From: Candidatus Latescibacterota bacterium
GTDB lineage: Bacteria > Krumholzibacteriota > Krumholzibacteriia > WVZY01 > JAKEHA01
Length of the DNA stretch: 64,000 nt
Reading direction: 5' to 3'
NCBI GenBank assembly: GCA_963707635.1
Contig: OY970173.1
Span: forward strand, 1,600,001-1,664,000
The notes beneath the pieces were generated by a model that saw nothing but the letters and a program-made list of their open reading frames with translations, had not been told where the DNA came from and did not search any database. Shown piece after piece: positions 29,004 through 38,081 of this stretch (its first letter is position 1; every line of letters begins with the position of its first letter). The position numbers were made by a program, and so were the translations under genes.

Positions 29004-29897
29004 ATGACCGAAGAGGGCAAGCACAAGGATACCTGGGACAAGGTACAGATCATCCTCGCGCCGATGGGCGGGTTGCTGACGGCGCTCGCGATCGCGATGT
29101 TCGGGTTCATTACCTCGAACAAGCTGGATCAACGGCAGGCGTTGGAGACCAACACCCGCCTGTACTCCGAGTTGATGAGCCGGCGCGAGGAATCGGAGAG
29201 CGCGCTTCGCAAGGACATGCTCGTGTCCATCATCGCGTCGTTCCTGAATCCCAACCGAACCGATATCAACGATGACGTCTTGAGCCTGGAGCTGCTGGCC
29301 TACAATTTCCACGAGTCCCTGAATCTCAAGCCGCTTTTTCTGGACCTGATGCGGCGGATCAAGAGCGCCGAGGCCGCGGCACCGTCCGCGGCGAAGCAGG
29401 CCGAGTATGCGGAATACACGGAGCGGCTCGAGAGCGTGGCCCGCGAGATCGCGCGCAAGCAGATGATCGTGCTCGAGGGCGTCGGCAGGCGCTTCGACCG
29501 CACCGTCGACTTGTCGGGGGATCCCGACGGCACCTCGCTCGAGACCGCGGTCATGACCCTGGATTCGGTGCAGACCAGCGTCTCTATCGACGTCGTGCAC
29601 GTGGATCGCGTCAAGCGCGAAGTCGAAGTGAGCGTCAGCATCGAAACCCCGGATCCGGAACTGGGACGGCAAAGCAAGGTCGCGAGCTTCACCGTCAGCT
29701 TCTTCGACTTTCCGATGATCGACAATCTGCGGATCGCGCACGGCCAACGCTGTGCCCTGGTGCTCACCAACTTCTCCGACCAGGCGGCCGAGCTGACCGC
29801 GGTGCTGTTTCCCGGCGCCTACGCGAGCCTGAAGGAAAAGCCCTACTACAATGAGGTGATCCAGAGCGTACTGAACGCAAGTCATGCGCAGCGCTGA
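29004..29897 (+). CDS. Hypothetical protein with an N-terminal TM anchor
   Basis: KDTWDK followed by a hydrophobic helix; host-like codon usage; 10 bp after the previous gene. Confidence 0.75.
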   Translation: MTEEGKHKDTWDKVQIILAPMGGLLTALAIAMFGFITSNKLDQRQALETNTRLYSELMSRREESESALRKDMLVSIIASFLNPNRTDINDDVLSLELLAYNFHESLNLKPLFLDLMRRIKSAEAAAPSAAKQAEYAEYTERLESVAREIARKQMIVLEGVGRRFDRTVDLSGDPDGTSLETAVMTLDSVQTSVSIDVVHVDRVKREVEVSVSIETPDPELGRQSKVASFTVSFFDFPMIDNLRIAHGQRCALVLTNFSDQAAELTAVLFPGAYASLKEKPYYNEVIQSVLNASHAQR

Positions 29898-30071
29898 ACG
29901 GAGCCGCCGCCTGTAATTCTTCTGCTTCTCCCGCCACCGGTGACGGGGATATCGGCCCGGGTTCACATCCACAAGAAAACTCGTGGGCAAGTGGCCCTGA
30001 CGCATGGTATAATCGCTCGCTAGCCTGTTACTCAGTACCCGTTAAACAGTCAAAACGAAAGGGAGACCCCT

Positions 30072-30515
30072 ATGAGAATGCGCAAACGGGTAGGAGTTAC
30101 CGTTCTCTTACTGGGTGTAATTGCGGCGACGGTCGTGGTTTTGTCGCCGGGTGAAACCAAAGATTCCAATGCACTTGCCGTCGGTTCAACCGATGTTTCG
30201 CCGGTGGGCACAAGCGCCATGCGGGCGTACATCGATCCGGAAACCGGACAGCTCACGACCGGTATCGAACCGGTCGAATCGGTGATCGAGCTCAACCCGG
30301 AGCTGGAGAACGCGTTGCGTCAGGACTCGGAGGGCCTCGTCCCCGAGTATCGTGCCAACGGCACCGTGGCCTTGAATCTCCAGGGCAGATTCCAGAGTGC
30401 CTCCGTTGTGCGCATCGGTGAGGATGGCAAGGTCATCATCTGCAGCGACAACGTGGCGGATACCCAGCAAGCCTTCACCGAAACGTCCAACCCTGGCACC
30501 CCGGAGGTGAAGTGA
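30072..30515 (+). CDS. Small secreted protein coupled to a PA-domain peptidase (resembles post-PEP-CTERM-1-type proteins)
   Basis: Signal/TM segment; MRAYIDPETGQL...NGTVALNLQGRFQSASVVRIGEDGKVIIC; stop overlaps the next start. Confidence 0.7.
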   Translation: MRMRKRVGVTVLLLGVIAATVVVLSPGETKDSNALAVGSTDVSPVGTSAMRAYIDPETGQLTTGIEPVESVIELNPELENALRQDSEGLVPEYRANGTVALNLQGRFQSASVVRIGEDGKVIICSDNVADTQQAFTETSNPGTPEVK

Positions 30516-32464
30516 TGCGACGCATTCTGGTATTGGCAGTGCTTTTCGCGCTCGCAGTCGCCAGCGTCAGCAACGCTGCGACGATCACGATCCTCAACAA
30601 CGACGGTGCGGGCGAAGGGTTCAATGACCCGACTCCGGCGGTGCCGGTTGGCGGGAATCCCGGACTGACCGTGGGCCAGCAGCGGTTGAACGTGTTCCAG
30701 TACGCGGCCAACATCTGGGGCTCGCTGCTCCCGAGTGCGGTGACCATCATCGTTCGCGCCCAGTTCGATCCGCAGACCTGCAATGCGACGCAGGCCGTGC
30801 TCGGCTCGGCGGGCGCCACCCAGGTGTTCGCGAATTTCCCGGGTGCTCCGCTTGCGAATACGTGGTACAGCGTTGCGCTGGCGAACAAGCTTGCAGGCAT
30901 GGACCTCGACACGACCCTCTACGATATCAACGCAACCTTCAACAGCAACCTCAACGGACAGGTCGGCTGTCTGGGCGGGATAGGCTGGTACCTCGGCTAC
31001 GACGGCCTCGAAGGCGTCAATATCGAGCTGCTGCCGGTAGTTCTGCACGAACTCGGTCACGGCCTCGGCTTCCAGACGTTCGTGAACCGGACGACCGGCG
31101 CCGAGCTTGGACCACCCACGCTCCCGGACCGCTACGAGCGGTATATTCTGGACAATGGACTGGGACTCACGTGGGACAACATGACGCCGGCACAGCGCGT
31201 GACGTCGGCGATCGGCAACAACATCGTGTGGAACGGGCCCTGCGTTACGGCTCATTCCGTAGATTTCCTGGGCGGGACGCCTAAGCTGACGGTCAACGCC
31301 GGCGCACCGCTTCCGCCGAAGATGGACATGAACGTGGCTGCGTTCGGCCCGCAGGCGTTTTCGGTGACGGGGAATCTCGTGCTGGTGGACGACGGGGCCG
31401 CTCCCCTCACCGACGCGTGCACCCCGCTCGTCAACGGTGCGGCGATTCTCGGTAACATTGCGCTCCTGGACCGCGGCACGTGCACGTTTGTCGCCAAGGC
31501 ACTGGCTGCGCAAAATGCCGGCGCCATTGCGGTGGTCATTGCCAACAATGCGGCTGCTCCGCTGGTGCCGGGCGGTGCCGATCCATCGATTCTGATTCCG
31601 GTGGTCGGTATAACGCTGGGCGATGGCAACCTTCTCAAAGCGGCGCTGTTGAACGGGGCTGTGAACGTCACCCTCGGGCCCGACCTGACTCAACTCGCGG
31701 GTGCCGATGCTGCCAATCACGTCAAGCTCTACGCGCCTAACCCGCTCCAGAGCGGCTCGTCGACCTCGCACTGGGATGTCAGCGCCTTCCCCAACTTGCT
31801 GATGGAGCCGGCGATCAATAACAACCTGTCGAGCACTGTCGACCTGACCCTGCATCAGATGATCGACATGGGTTGGCTGGGACCGTGTGAGAACCCGGTG
31901 GCGGTCGCGATCTCTGCGTTCGACGCGAGGGTCACGGGTGCTGCGGTCACGCTCCGGGCGAAGTTCCTCTCTACCCTGGATGACGCGCAATTCGTTGTCG
32001 TGTATCGCGCCAACGGGGGCAGTGAGAGCTTCAGCGGGATCAAGACGTTGAACGCGCCGAGCAACGGCGACTTCATGTTTGTCGACGCGACCGTGGTCCC
32101 GGGTCATTCGTACCGGTACAAGATCGGCGTCGTCGACGGCGACGGCGAGTACTTCTCGCAGGCGGCCGGAGTGGAAGTCCCGACCGCTCGCATCGAGCTC
32201 TCGCAGAACTCGCCGAATCCGTTCAATCCCACCACGACGATCCGCTTCTCGCTTCCGGCGAGTGAGCGTGTCGGCCTGGCGGTCTACGCGGCGAACGGTT
32301 CTCTGGTCCGGACGCTGGTCAACGGCGTTACCGAACCCGGCGCCCACAACGTCACGTGGGACGGCCGCGACATGGCGGGCAACCCGGTCAGTTCAGGCAT
32401 GTATTTCTATCGCCTGACGGCAGGGAAGTTCAGCGAGTCGAGAAAGATGGTTCTCCTGAAGTAG
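30512..32464 (+). CDS. Secreted zinc metallopeptidase with PA domain and FlgD-Ig CTD
   Basis: HELGHGLGF; PA domain IALLDRGTCTFVAKALAAQNAGAIAVVIAN; SHWD, LMEP; NPFNP...RKMVLLK. Confidence 0.9.
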   Translation: MMRRILVLAVLFALAVASVSNAATITILNNDGAGEGFNDPTPAVPVGGNPGLTVGQQRLNVFQYAANIWGSLLPSAVTIIVRAQFDPQTCNATQAVLGSAGATQVFANFPGAPLANTWYSVALANKLAGMDLDTTLYDINATFNSNLNGQVGCLGGIGWYLGYDGLEGVNIELLPVVLHELGHGLGFQTFVNRTTGAELGPPTLPDRYERYILDNGLGLTWDNMTPAQRVTSAIGNNIVWNGPCVTAHSVDFLGGTPKLTVNAGAPLPPKMDMNVAAFGPQAFSVTGNLVLVDDGAAPLTDACTPLVNGAAILGNIALLDRGTCTFVAKALAAQNAGAIAVVIANNAAAPLVPGGADPSILIPVVGITLGDGNLLKAALLNGAVNVTLGPDLTQLAGADAANHVKLYAPNPLQSGSSTSHWDVSAFPNLLMEPAINNNLSSTVDLTLHQMIDMGWLGPCENPVAVAISAFDARVTGAAVTLRAKFLSTLDDAQFVVVYRANGGSESFSGIKTLNAPSNGDFMFVDATVVPGHSYRYKIGVVDGDGEYFSQAAGVEVPTARIELSQNSPNPFNPTTTIRFSLPASERVGLAVYAANGSLVRTLVNGVTEPGAHNVTWDGRDMAGNPVSSGMYFYRLTAGKFSESRKMVLLK

Positions 32465-32491
32465 AGAAGCGTCACGATTCGTAGTTGCAGC

Positions 32492-32530
32492 AAGGACGCC
32501 CGGGTTTCGCCCGGGCGTCCTTCTGTTTTC
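32492..32530 (+). terminator. Rho-independent terminator
   Basis: AAGGACGCCCGGG-TTTCG-CCCGGGCGTCCTT then CTGTTTT. Confidence 0.85.
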
Positions 32531-32669
32531 AGATGGAAGGTTTCCATGGACGCAGCCGGCAATCGCTGCTAGAGTCGCGGCGCATAGCGATCGACACCCG
32601 CTCAATCTGCGGACGGTTTTACGTTGACCTCACAGCCAGCCGCTTGATCCGGCCCGAATAGGAGATGAC

Positions 32670-33314
32670 ATGCGTTCTCATGCTGGACTTGTGCTCATAA
32701 CCATACTGATCTTGGTCGGCTCGTCGCGCACCCTGCACGCAGAGGGATCGGTGGCCTCGAGGGACACCATACCGGAGTCCAACTTCTTCACGGTGTCCGT
32801 TGGGGAGTCGTGGCCGGTCGGCGGACCCGTCGAGGACTCGTATGAAGCGGGTCTCACGGTGGGGGCGTCGTTTCGAAAGGGGCTCATGTCCAGCTACCTG
32901 GGCGGGCTCGAGTTCGGTTACACGTGGTACTCGCTCGACAGCGCCAACCTGGCGGAGACGAACCCGGGTTCGACCTATTCCGGCGGTGACATGGGGCTCT
33001 TGAGCATCACGACCGAGAACGACTACCTCTTCGGCTCTGCGGCAAACGCACTGCGCCCCTTCCTGAACCTCGGCATCGGGTACTACAAGTCCTTTGTCGA
33101 CGACGCGACGGTCACGACTGGTTCGACACCCGCGAGTTATTCCACCGGAGTCTACGAAGGCAGCTTCTTTGGATTCCACGCCGGGATCGGCGCGCTGATC
33201 AACCGGGATCGCTTCGGCCTGCGCCTGGACACGAACTACCAGCATCTTTTTGCGGGCGGCCCGGACCTCGAGTTCTTTACGGCGCGCGGCGGGATCGTCT
33301 TCTACCTCGACTGA
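32670..33314 (+). CDS. Outer-membrane beta-barrel protein (OmpA-like 8-strand type)
   Basis: Signal peptide, RPFLNLGIGYY, FGFHAGIG, aromatic C-terminal strand GGIVFYLD. Confidence 0.75.
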   Translation: MRSHAGLVLITILILVGSSRTLHAEGSVASRDTIPESNFFTVSVGESWPVGGPVEDSYEAGLTVGASFRKGLMSSYLGGLEFGYTWYSLDSANLAETNPGSTYSGGDMGLLSITTENDYLFGSAANALRPFLNLGIGYYKSFVDDATVTTGSTPASYSTGVYEGSFFGFHAGIGALINRDRFGLRLDTNYQHLFAGGPDLEFFTARGGIVFYLD

Positions 33315-33409
33315 TCGTCACGGTTCGGTTCATGGTATACTAAGCGCTGGACTCAACGCGGTATGGCGATGTGGAAGTTGAACGCTGTGCATTCGTAAAG
33401 GAGACGAAT

Positions 33410-34024
33410 ATGCGAAACCGGGCGTGGCTTCTGCCTTGCGTCGCCGTGATCGTGGCCGTGTGCGCATCGACGGCGGGCGCCACCATGACCATCACCGAGA
33501 CCTACACGGTCGATCCAGGCTGGGAAGCCGGTGGATACTGGGAATTCACGGTGACCAACCACACCGGCGCGGACGTCTACATGGTCGCGGTCGGAAACTC
33601 CCTCGCGGACTTCGTGGTGGTGAGGTATCCCGATTTGGTCGGTGTCTGGGATCCGAACCGCATAGATGCATACGATTGGAACGTCAACGAGTTCACGTTT
33701 CGACCGATCGCGTGGACGGCGCCGGATCTCTCGACGTTCCCGACCTCGGTGTACTTCCCGGGCGCCACGCAGATTCTCATGTACTACGTTCTCGGCTCCA
33801 ACGCGCCGCTGGCGGATGGCGCGACGATCAGCGGGTTCATCTTCAATTACCCGTACGGTCTCGCCTCGTCGGGCGGTCCGCTCGCGCCGTTCGCCGTGGG
33901 GGCGCCTTTCCTGGCGTTCAATCGAGACGGCGAACTGGTCGCGCAAGGGGTCACGAATGGGGCGCCGTTGGCGACTGACCATCGAACCTGGGGCGCGATC
34001 AAGGCGCTGTACCGCCAAAGGTAG
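33410..34024 (+). CDS. Secreted protein with short C-terminal TWGAIKALYR tail
   Basis: ATG 33410 after AAGGAG; signal peptide; ends PLATDHRTWGAIKALYRQR. Confidence 0.8.
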   Translation: MRNRAWLLPCVAVIVAVCASTAGATMTITETYTVDPGWEAGGYWEFTVTNHTGADVYMVAVGNSLADFVVVRYPDLVGVWDPNRIDAYDWNVNEFTFRPIAWTAPDLSTFPTSVYFPGATQILMYYVLGSNAPLADGATISGFIFNYPYGLASSGGPLAPFAVGAPFLAFNRDGELVAQGVTNGAPLATDHRTWGAIKALYRQR

Positions 34025-34030
34025 GCCCCC

Positions 34031-34930
34031 ATGTTTCGTCGGTGGTTCACGCGCGGGTGCGCGCTGCTGATCGCGCCTCTCCTCTCCGTCCCGGCATTCG
34101 GAAGTTCGTTCTACTCATTCGCGTCAAGCAACGAAGGCTGGCAGGTCGTCGACTTTCCATTCTTGACGCACAATCCAACGCCCACTACCGCCGCCCTGCC
34201 GTTCGACGGCGCGTTCGGCAATCCTGCGGGTAGCGTGCGCGTGGGGGATGTCTTCGGGGAGACCGGGATCACGGCGCCTGCCGCTCACCTGGGTGATCAG
34301 GCGGCGATCTACGGCGATACGCTGCGCTACGACATCCTGATTCGGTACACCGACAACCTCGCTTACCCGGCGGTGGTGCTCAACGGCGGGACCATGTCCA
34401 TCTACTACGAGACGCCCTCGCCGGCGCTGGACGTGTGGGAATCGCGCGCGATTCCGCTCTCGGAAGCCGGTTGGAAGGTCAGCAACACCGCCGCCGTCGC
34501 GACACAGACCGATTTCATGAACGTCCTCTCGAATCTCACCGGTATCTACATCGCGACCGAATGGCGCACCGGACCCGACGATACCAACGTCGACAACATC
34601 TTCTTGCCGGGCGGACCGACCGGGGTCGTGGGGGCCACTCCATCCGCCCGCGGCGTGGTGGTGCGGCCCGCGTTTCCGAATCCGTTCGGCGGGGCTACCG
34701 AGATCGCGTTCACGCTCGATCATCCCGGACTCGTAACCGTCGCGGTATTCGATGTGCAGGGCCGGTTGGTGCGAACCCTCGCGGCAGAGCGCTTCGTTAC
34801 CGACCGCGCGACCGTGGCCTGGGACGGGAAGAGCGACGGCGGAGCCGACGTTCCGTCGGGGACCTACTTCGCGCGCGTCGTGACGGCGGCCGGAGGCGTC
34901 GCCGCTGAGAAGGTCGTTCGAGTCAGATAG
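34031..34930 (+). CDS. Laminin B (domain IV)-like protein with FlgD-Ig CTD
   Basis: EGWQV...APAAHLGDQAAIYGDTLRYD...IPLSEAGW...FMNVLSNLTGIYI...VDNI; FPNPF...SGTYF...KVVRVR. Confidence 0.75.
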   Translation: MFRRWFTRGCALLIAPLLSVPAFGSSFYSFASSNEGWQVVDFPFLTHNPTPTTAALPFDGAFGNPAGSVRVGDVFGETGITAPAAHLGDQAAIYGDTLRYDILIRYTDNLAYPAVVLNGGTMSIYYETPSPALDVWESRAIPLSEAGWKVSNTAAVATQTDFMNVLSNLTGIYIATEWRTGPDDTNVDNIFLPGGPTGVVGATPSARGVVVRPAFPNPFGGATEIAFTLDHPGLVTVAVFDVQGRLVRTLAAERFVTDRATVAWDGKSDGGADVPSGTYFARVVTAAGGVAAEKVVRVR

Positions 34931-34989
34931 CGCGCCCAGGCCGCCGGGCGCGAAACAGAATCACGTCGGCCGCACTGGAGGAAGCAGTC

Positions 34990-35265
34990 ATGGCTAGTAA
35001 GCGCCGAATGGGTGCGGAGGAAGCGAAGGCCATTGGTTCCGCGCTCGGGATCGACTGGGCAAAGGTCGATCTGGAGCAGTTCCGTCGCGGGCTCGAAGTC
35101 GAGCTCGAGCACGGCGCGCGAGACCCGGAGACCAATGTCACCAACGATGACCTCACCCTCACCGGGAAGATCGCCTGGGCGCATCTGAAGGAATTCCGCG
35201 ACTACTACACGCGGCTGGACCAGCTGGAGGCGGAAGCGGACGCCTACTGGTCTTCGCGCCGTTGA
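34990..35265 (+). CDS. DUF5661-family protein
   Basis: GLEVELEHG...TNVTNDD..LTGKIAWAHLKEFRDYYTRL. Confidence 0.8.
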   Translation: MASKRRMGAEEAKAIGSALGIDWAKVDLEQFRRGLEVELEHGARDPETNVTNDDLTLTGKIAWAHLKEFRDYYTRLDQLEAEADAYWSSRR

Positions 35266-35282
35266 AGCGGACGGCAAGCGGG

Positions 35283-35331
35283 TCAGCCTTGCCGCAGTAG
35301 CAGCACCAGCATCGTCCCGGAGATCGCCAGC
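35283..35331 (-). pseudogene. Probable 3' remnant of the AspT/YidE/YbjL antiporter gene
   Basis: Minus strand reads LAISGTMLVLLLRQG-stop, resembling YbjL-type C-termini; abuts the left edge of the duplicated unit. Confidence 0.55.
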
Positions 35332-35385
35332 TTTCGCCGCTGTTCACTGCTGAGTAGTCACGGCATCCGCGCCAAGGTGATGCGC

Positions 35386-35414
35386 TTGACTTGGTTCTAA
35401 CGAAGCCCTACTCT
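35386..35414 (+). promoter_or_regulatory. sigma70 promoter in unit copy 1 (same at 38136-38164)
   Basis: TTGACT-17 bp-TACTCT. Confidence 0.6.
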
Positions 35415-35500
35415 CCATATTACCAAGTGGCATTCCCAGGTGCCCCCCGCTGGCAGCATCTGTTTCGATGCGCACTGGCCGCAAGTAGTGCACACCTTTC

Positions 35501-37467
35501 ATGGAGGCGCGTCTCATGCACCCGCGGCCGTCAGTCCTGCCCCTCACTCTCCTGATTCACATTGTTTGGGGATGTCTTGCATTATCGCCTGCGCACGCGA
35601 CGGTCCCGGTTCACGAATGGAGTCAACGCTTTGGCGAGACCGGCGAAGACGTAGCGTTCGGCGTGGCCACAGACGGAGCGGGCAACGTTGTCATTACCGG
35701 ACTGTTCCAGCAGGGGATTAGCTTTGGCGGCAGATTCCACGGCGCCAAGGGGACTTTCGACATATTCCTGGCCAAGTTTGACCCAAACGGTGCGTACCTG
35801 TGGAGTAAGACTTTCGGAATGACCCCTGGTGGGGGATACAACGGAATCCTTAATGCGAGGGGCGTAGCCGCGGATGGATTGGGTGGTATCGCCATGGCGG
35901 GGTATTTCCAAGGCACCATGAGTTTCGGCGGCGCCCCACTGACGGCAGTGGGCTCGGGCCTCTTTGTCGCCAAGTACGATGCCAGCGGCGTTCACGTGTG
36001 GAGTCGCGCATTGGGGGCTAATGGCCCCGAGGACAGCTTCGGGCTCGCTGCGGATGGATCGGGCAACACCATCATCACGGGGGCCTTTGCAGGCTCGATG
36101 GATTTCGGCGGTGGCCTCCTGACCAGCGTTGGGGGCAGCGAGATTGTCATTGCAAAGTATGATGCGAACGGCGCTCACCTGTGGAGCCGGCGTCTCGGCA
36201 GCTTGGGCAACGACTACGGCGTAGACGTCGCGGTCGACGGGGCGGGGGGCTTCGCCGTCACCGGTCTCTTTAGCGGTGCGGTGAACTTTGGTGGTGCGAC
36301 ACTGACCAGTGTCGGGGCCACTGATGTATTTCTCGTCAAGTACAATGCCGATGGTGTGCACCAGTGGAGCCGGCGCATGGGAGGGACAAACTTCGACGAC
36401 GTGGCGGGGGTTGCCGTAAACGCAGCGGGAGACGTCGCCATCCACGGTGAACTGTTCACCAGCGCGAATTACGGAGGACAGACGCTGACGAGCGTCGGGA
36501 GTACCGATGTCTACGTCGCGAAATACGACGCGGGCGGCCTGCACGTGTGGAGTCAGCGCTTCGGCGGCGTGGACATGGACCGCGCCCGCGCCGTCGCCAT
36601 GGACGGGTTGGGCGACGTGGTTATCAGCGGTTCATTTTCGGGAACGGGGGATCTTGGCGGTGAGCCGATCGTTGGGGGTGCCGCCGATATATACCTCGCC
36701 AGGTACGATGCCGCCGGCGTCCACAAGTGGAGTCGGGCGTTCGGCCACCCTGCCACTATTGACGAGGGCTACGGAATTGCCACGGACGCGCTCGGTGACG
36801 TTCTCCTCACCGGCGCATTCACCCAGACGATAGATTTCGGCGGTGGGGTTCTGACCACCGAGGGATGGGACGACATTTTCCTTGTCAAGTTCAGCGAAGA
36901 AAGTCCCGTCCCTGTCCTGTTTACACTTTTCACGGCCACGCCCCGCGGTGCCGTCGTGGAAATAGCTTGGGATGTGAGCAGTGACGAGGTCCTGGGCGAA
37001 GTAGCGCTCTATCGTCGCGAGGGAACCGCGACGGAGCCGATCCTCGTCGCAACCGGCAGTGCGCTCGCCGCGCACTCGTACCTGGACGCCACGGTCGAAG
37101 CGGGTCGGACGTATCATTATGAGCTCGTTATTCGGACCGCGGGCGGGGACGTGTTCCGCTCACCTGTGGCGACGGTAACGGTTCCGACGTTCATCACTAC
37201 TTGGAGCAGAACCAACCCAACCCGTTCAACCCAAGCACCACCGTCACGTACACGTTGAGCGAGCGCGCGTTCACGAGCATAAGCATCTACAACGCGGCGG
37301 GAGCTTTGGTTGCGCGACTGGATGAGGGCGAACATGAACGAGGCACGCATCGCGTGGAGTGGAACGGTCGCGATGCGGCGGGAAGGCCCGTGGCGAGCGG
37401 TGTCTACATCTACCGGCTCGAAGGCGCAGTAGGCGTAAACGCGAGGAAGATGTTGCTCCTCAAGTAA
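35501..37467 (+). pseudogene. SBBP beta-propeller protein with FlgD-Ig CTD, frameshifted just before the CTD
   Basis: ATCACTAC-TTGGAG here vs ATCACTACATTGGAG in the intact copy: 1-nt deletion at 37200; CTD continues in ORF 37201-37467. Confidence 0.85.
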
Positions 37468-37526
37468 CGTTCGCCCAGACCAGACGCCACCAGCTTCATC
37501 TTGCTTCTGCGAGAGCGTGGCGCGAC

Positions 37527-37940
37527 CGTCGCGGTGCCAAGCGTGGTGGAGCTGGTCAGCGCGCCGGATAACAACCCGGCCGCCGTCCCCCCGTCGAAGT
37601 TCATCACGCGCGCCAGCAACCACGTCGCCCCGATGCCGGTCGCGCACAGAATGATGGTCAGCACAATCTGCGGCACAGCGCTCGAGCCAAGGGCCTGAAA
37701 GAACTCGGGCCCGGTCCGAAACCCGATCGCGAACAGGAACAGCAGGAAGAAGACGGTCTGGAGCACGGGCGAGGCGTCGATACCGACCTGGCCGACCAGG
37801 AGACCCGCGAAGAGCGCCCCGAGCACCGAGCCGAGCTGAAAGCTCCGCACGCGGATGCGACCGAGGGCGTGGCCGAGCGCGAGAGCCACGAACAACGCCA
37901 GTTCCGGATTCTCGCGCAACGCGCCGGTGAACCAACTCAC
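37527..37940 (-). pseudogene. 5' fragment of an AspT/YidE/YbjL aspartate-alanine antiporter family gene
   Basis: GTG after GGAGG; NPELALFVALALGHALGRI...FLFAIGFRTGPEFF...AAGLLSGALTSSTTLG; ends exactly at the right boundary of the unit. Confidence 0.85.
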
Positions 37941-38081
37941 TTCGCCACCTCCCGCGAGCAAGGAAGAAATCTCTCTACACCGTGTTGACCTTGGCCGGGG
38001 AAGCGTACCACTAGCAAGTGGAAAACAGAATCTGTCGTTGATGGTGAGGCCATTTTCGACTGCTCGCTTCGGCGTCACCCA

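Larger units (their letters stand above)
35332..37526 (+). repeat. 2.2-kb unit copy 1 (promoter, SBBP/CTD gene, 3' UTR)
   Basis: 35332-35535 identical to 38082-38285; 37026-37526 identical to the end of copy 2 except for one indel; middle diverged. Confidence 0.9.

Noticed and set aside
28442..29783. Diversity-generating retroelement TR/VR pair
   Set aside because: The five mismatches are not adenine-specific in either direction (G/A, C/T, T/C, C/A, G/T), and no reverse transcriptase is visible in the window.
37461..37526. Integron attC site at the end of the duplicated unit (TAAC at the stop, CGCCAC...GTGGCG hairpin)
   Set aside because: No RYYYAAC/GTTRRRY pair and no integron integrase seen.
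37410..38078. Intact 222-aa transporter ORF
   Set aside because: It is a chimera: the real start is GTG 37940, and the last ~38 codons are antisense read-through into the duplicated unit.
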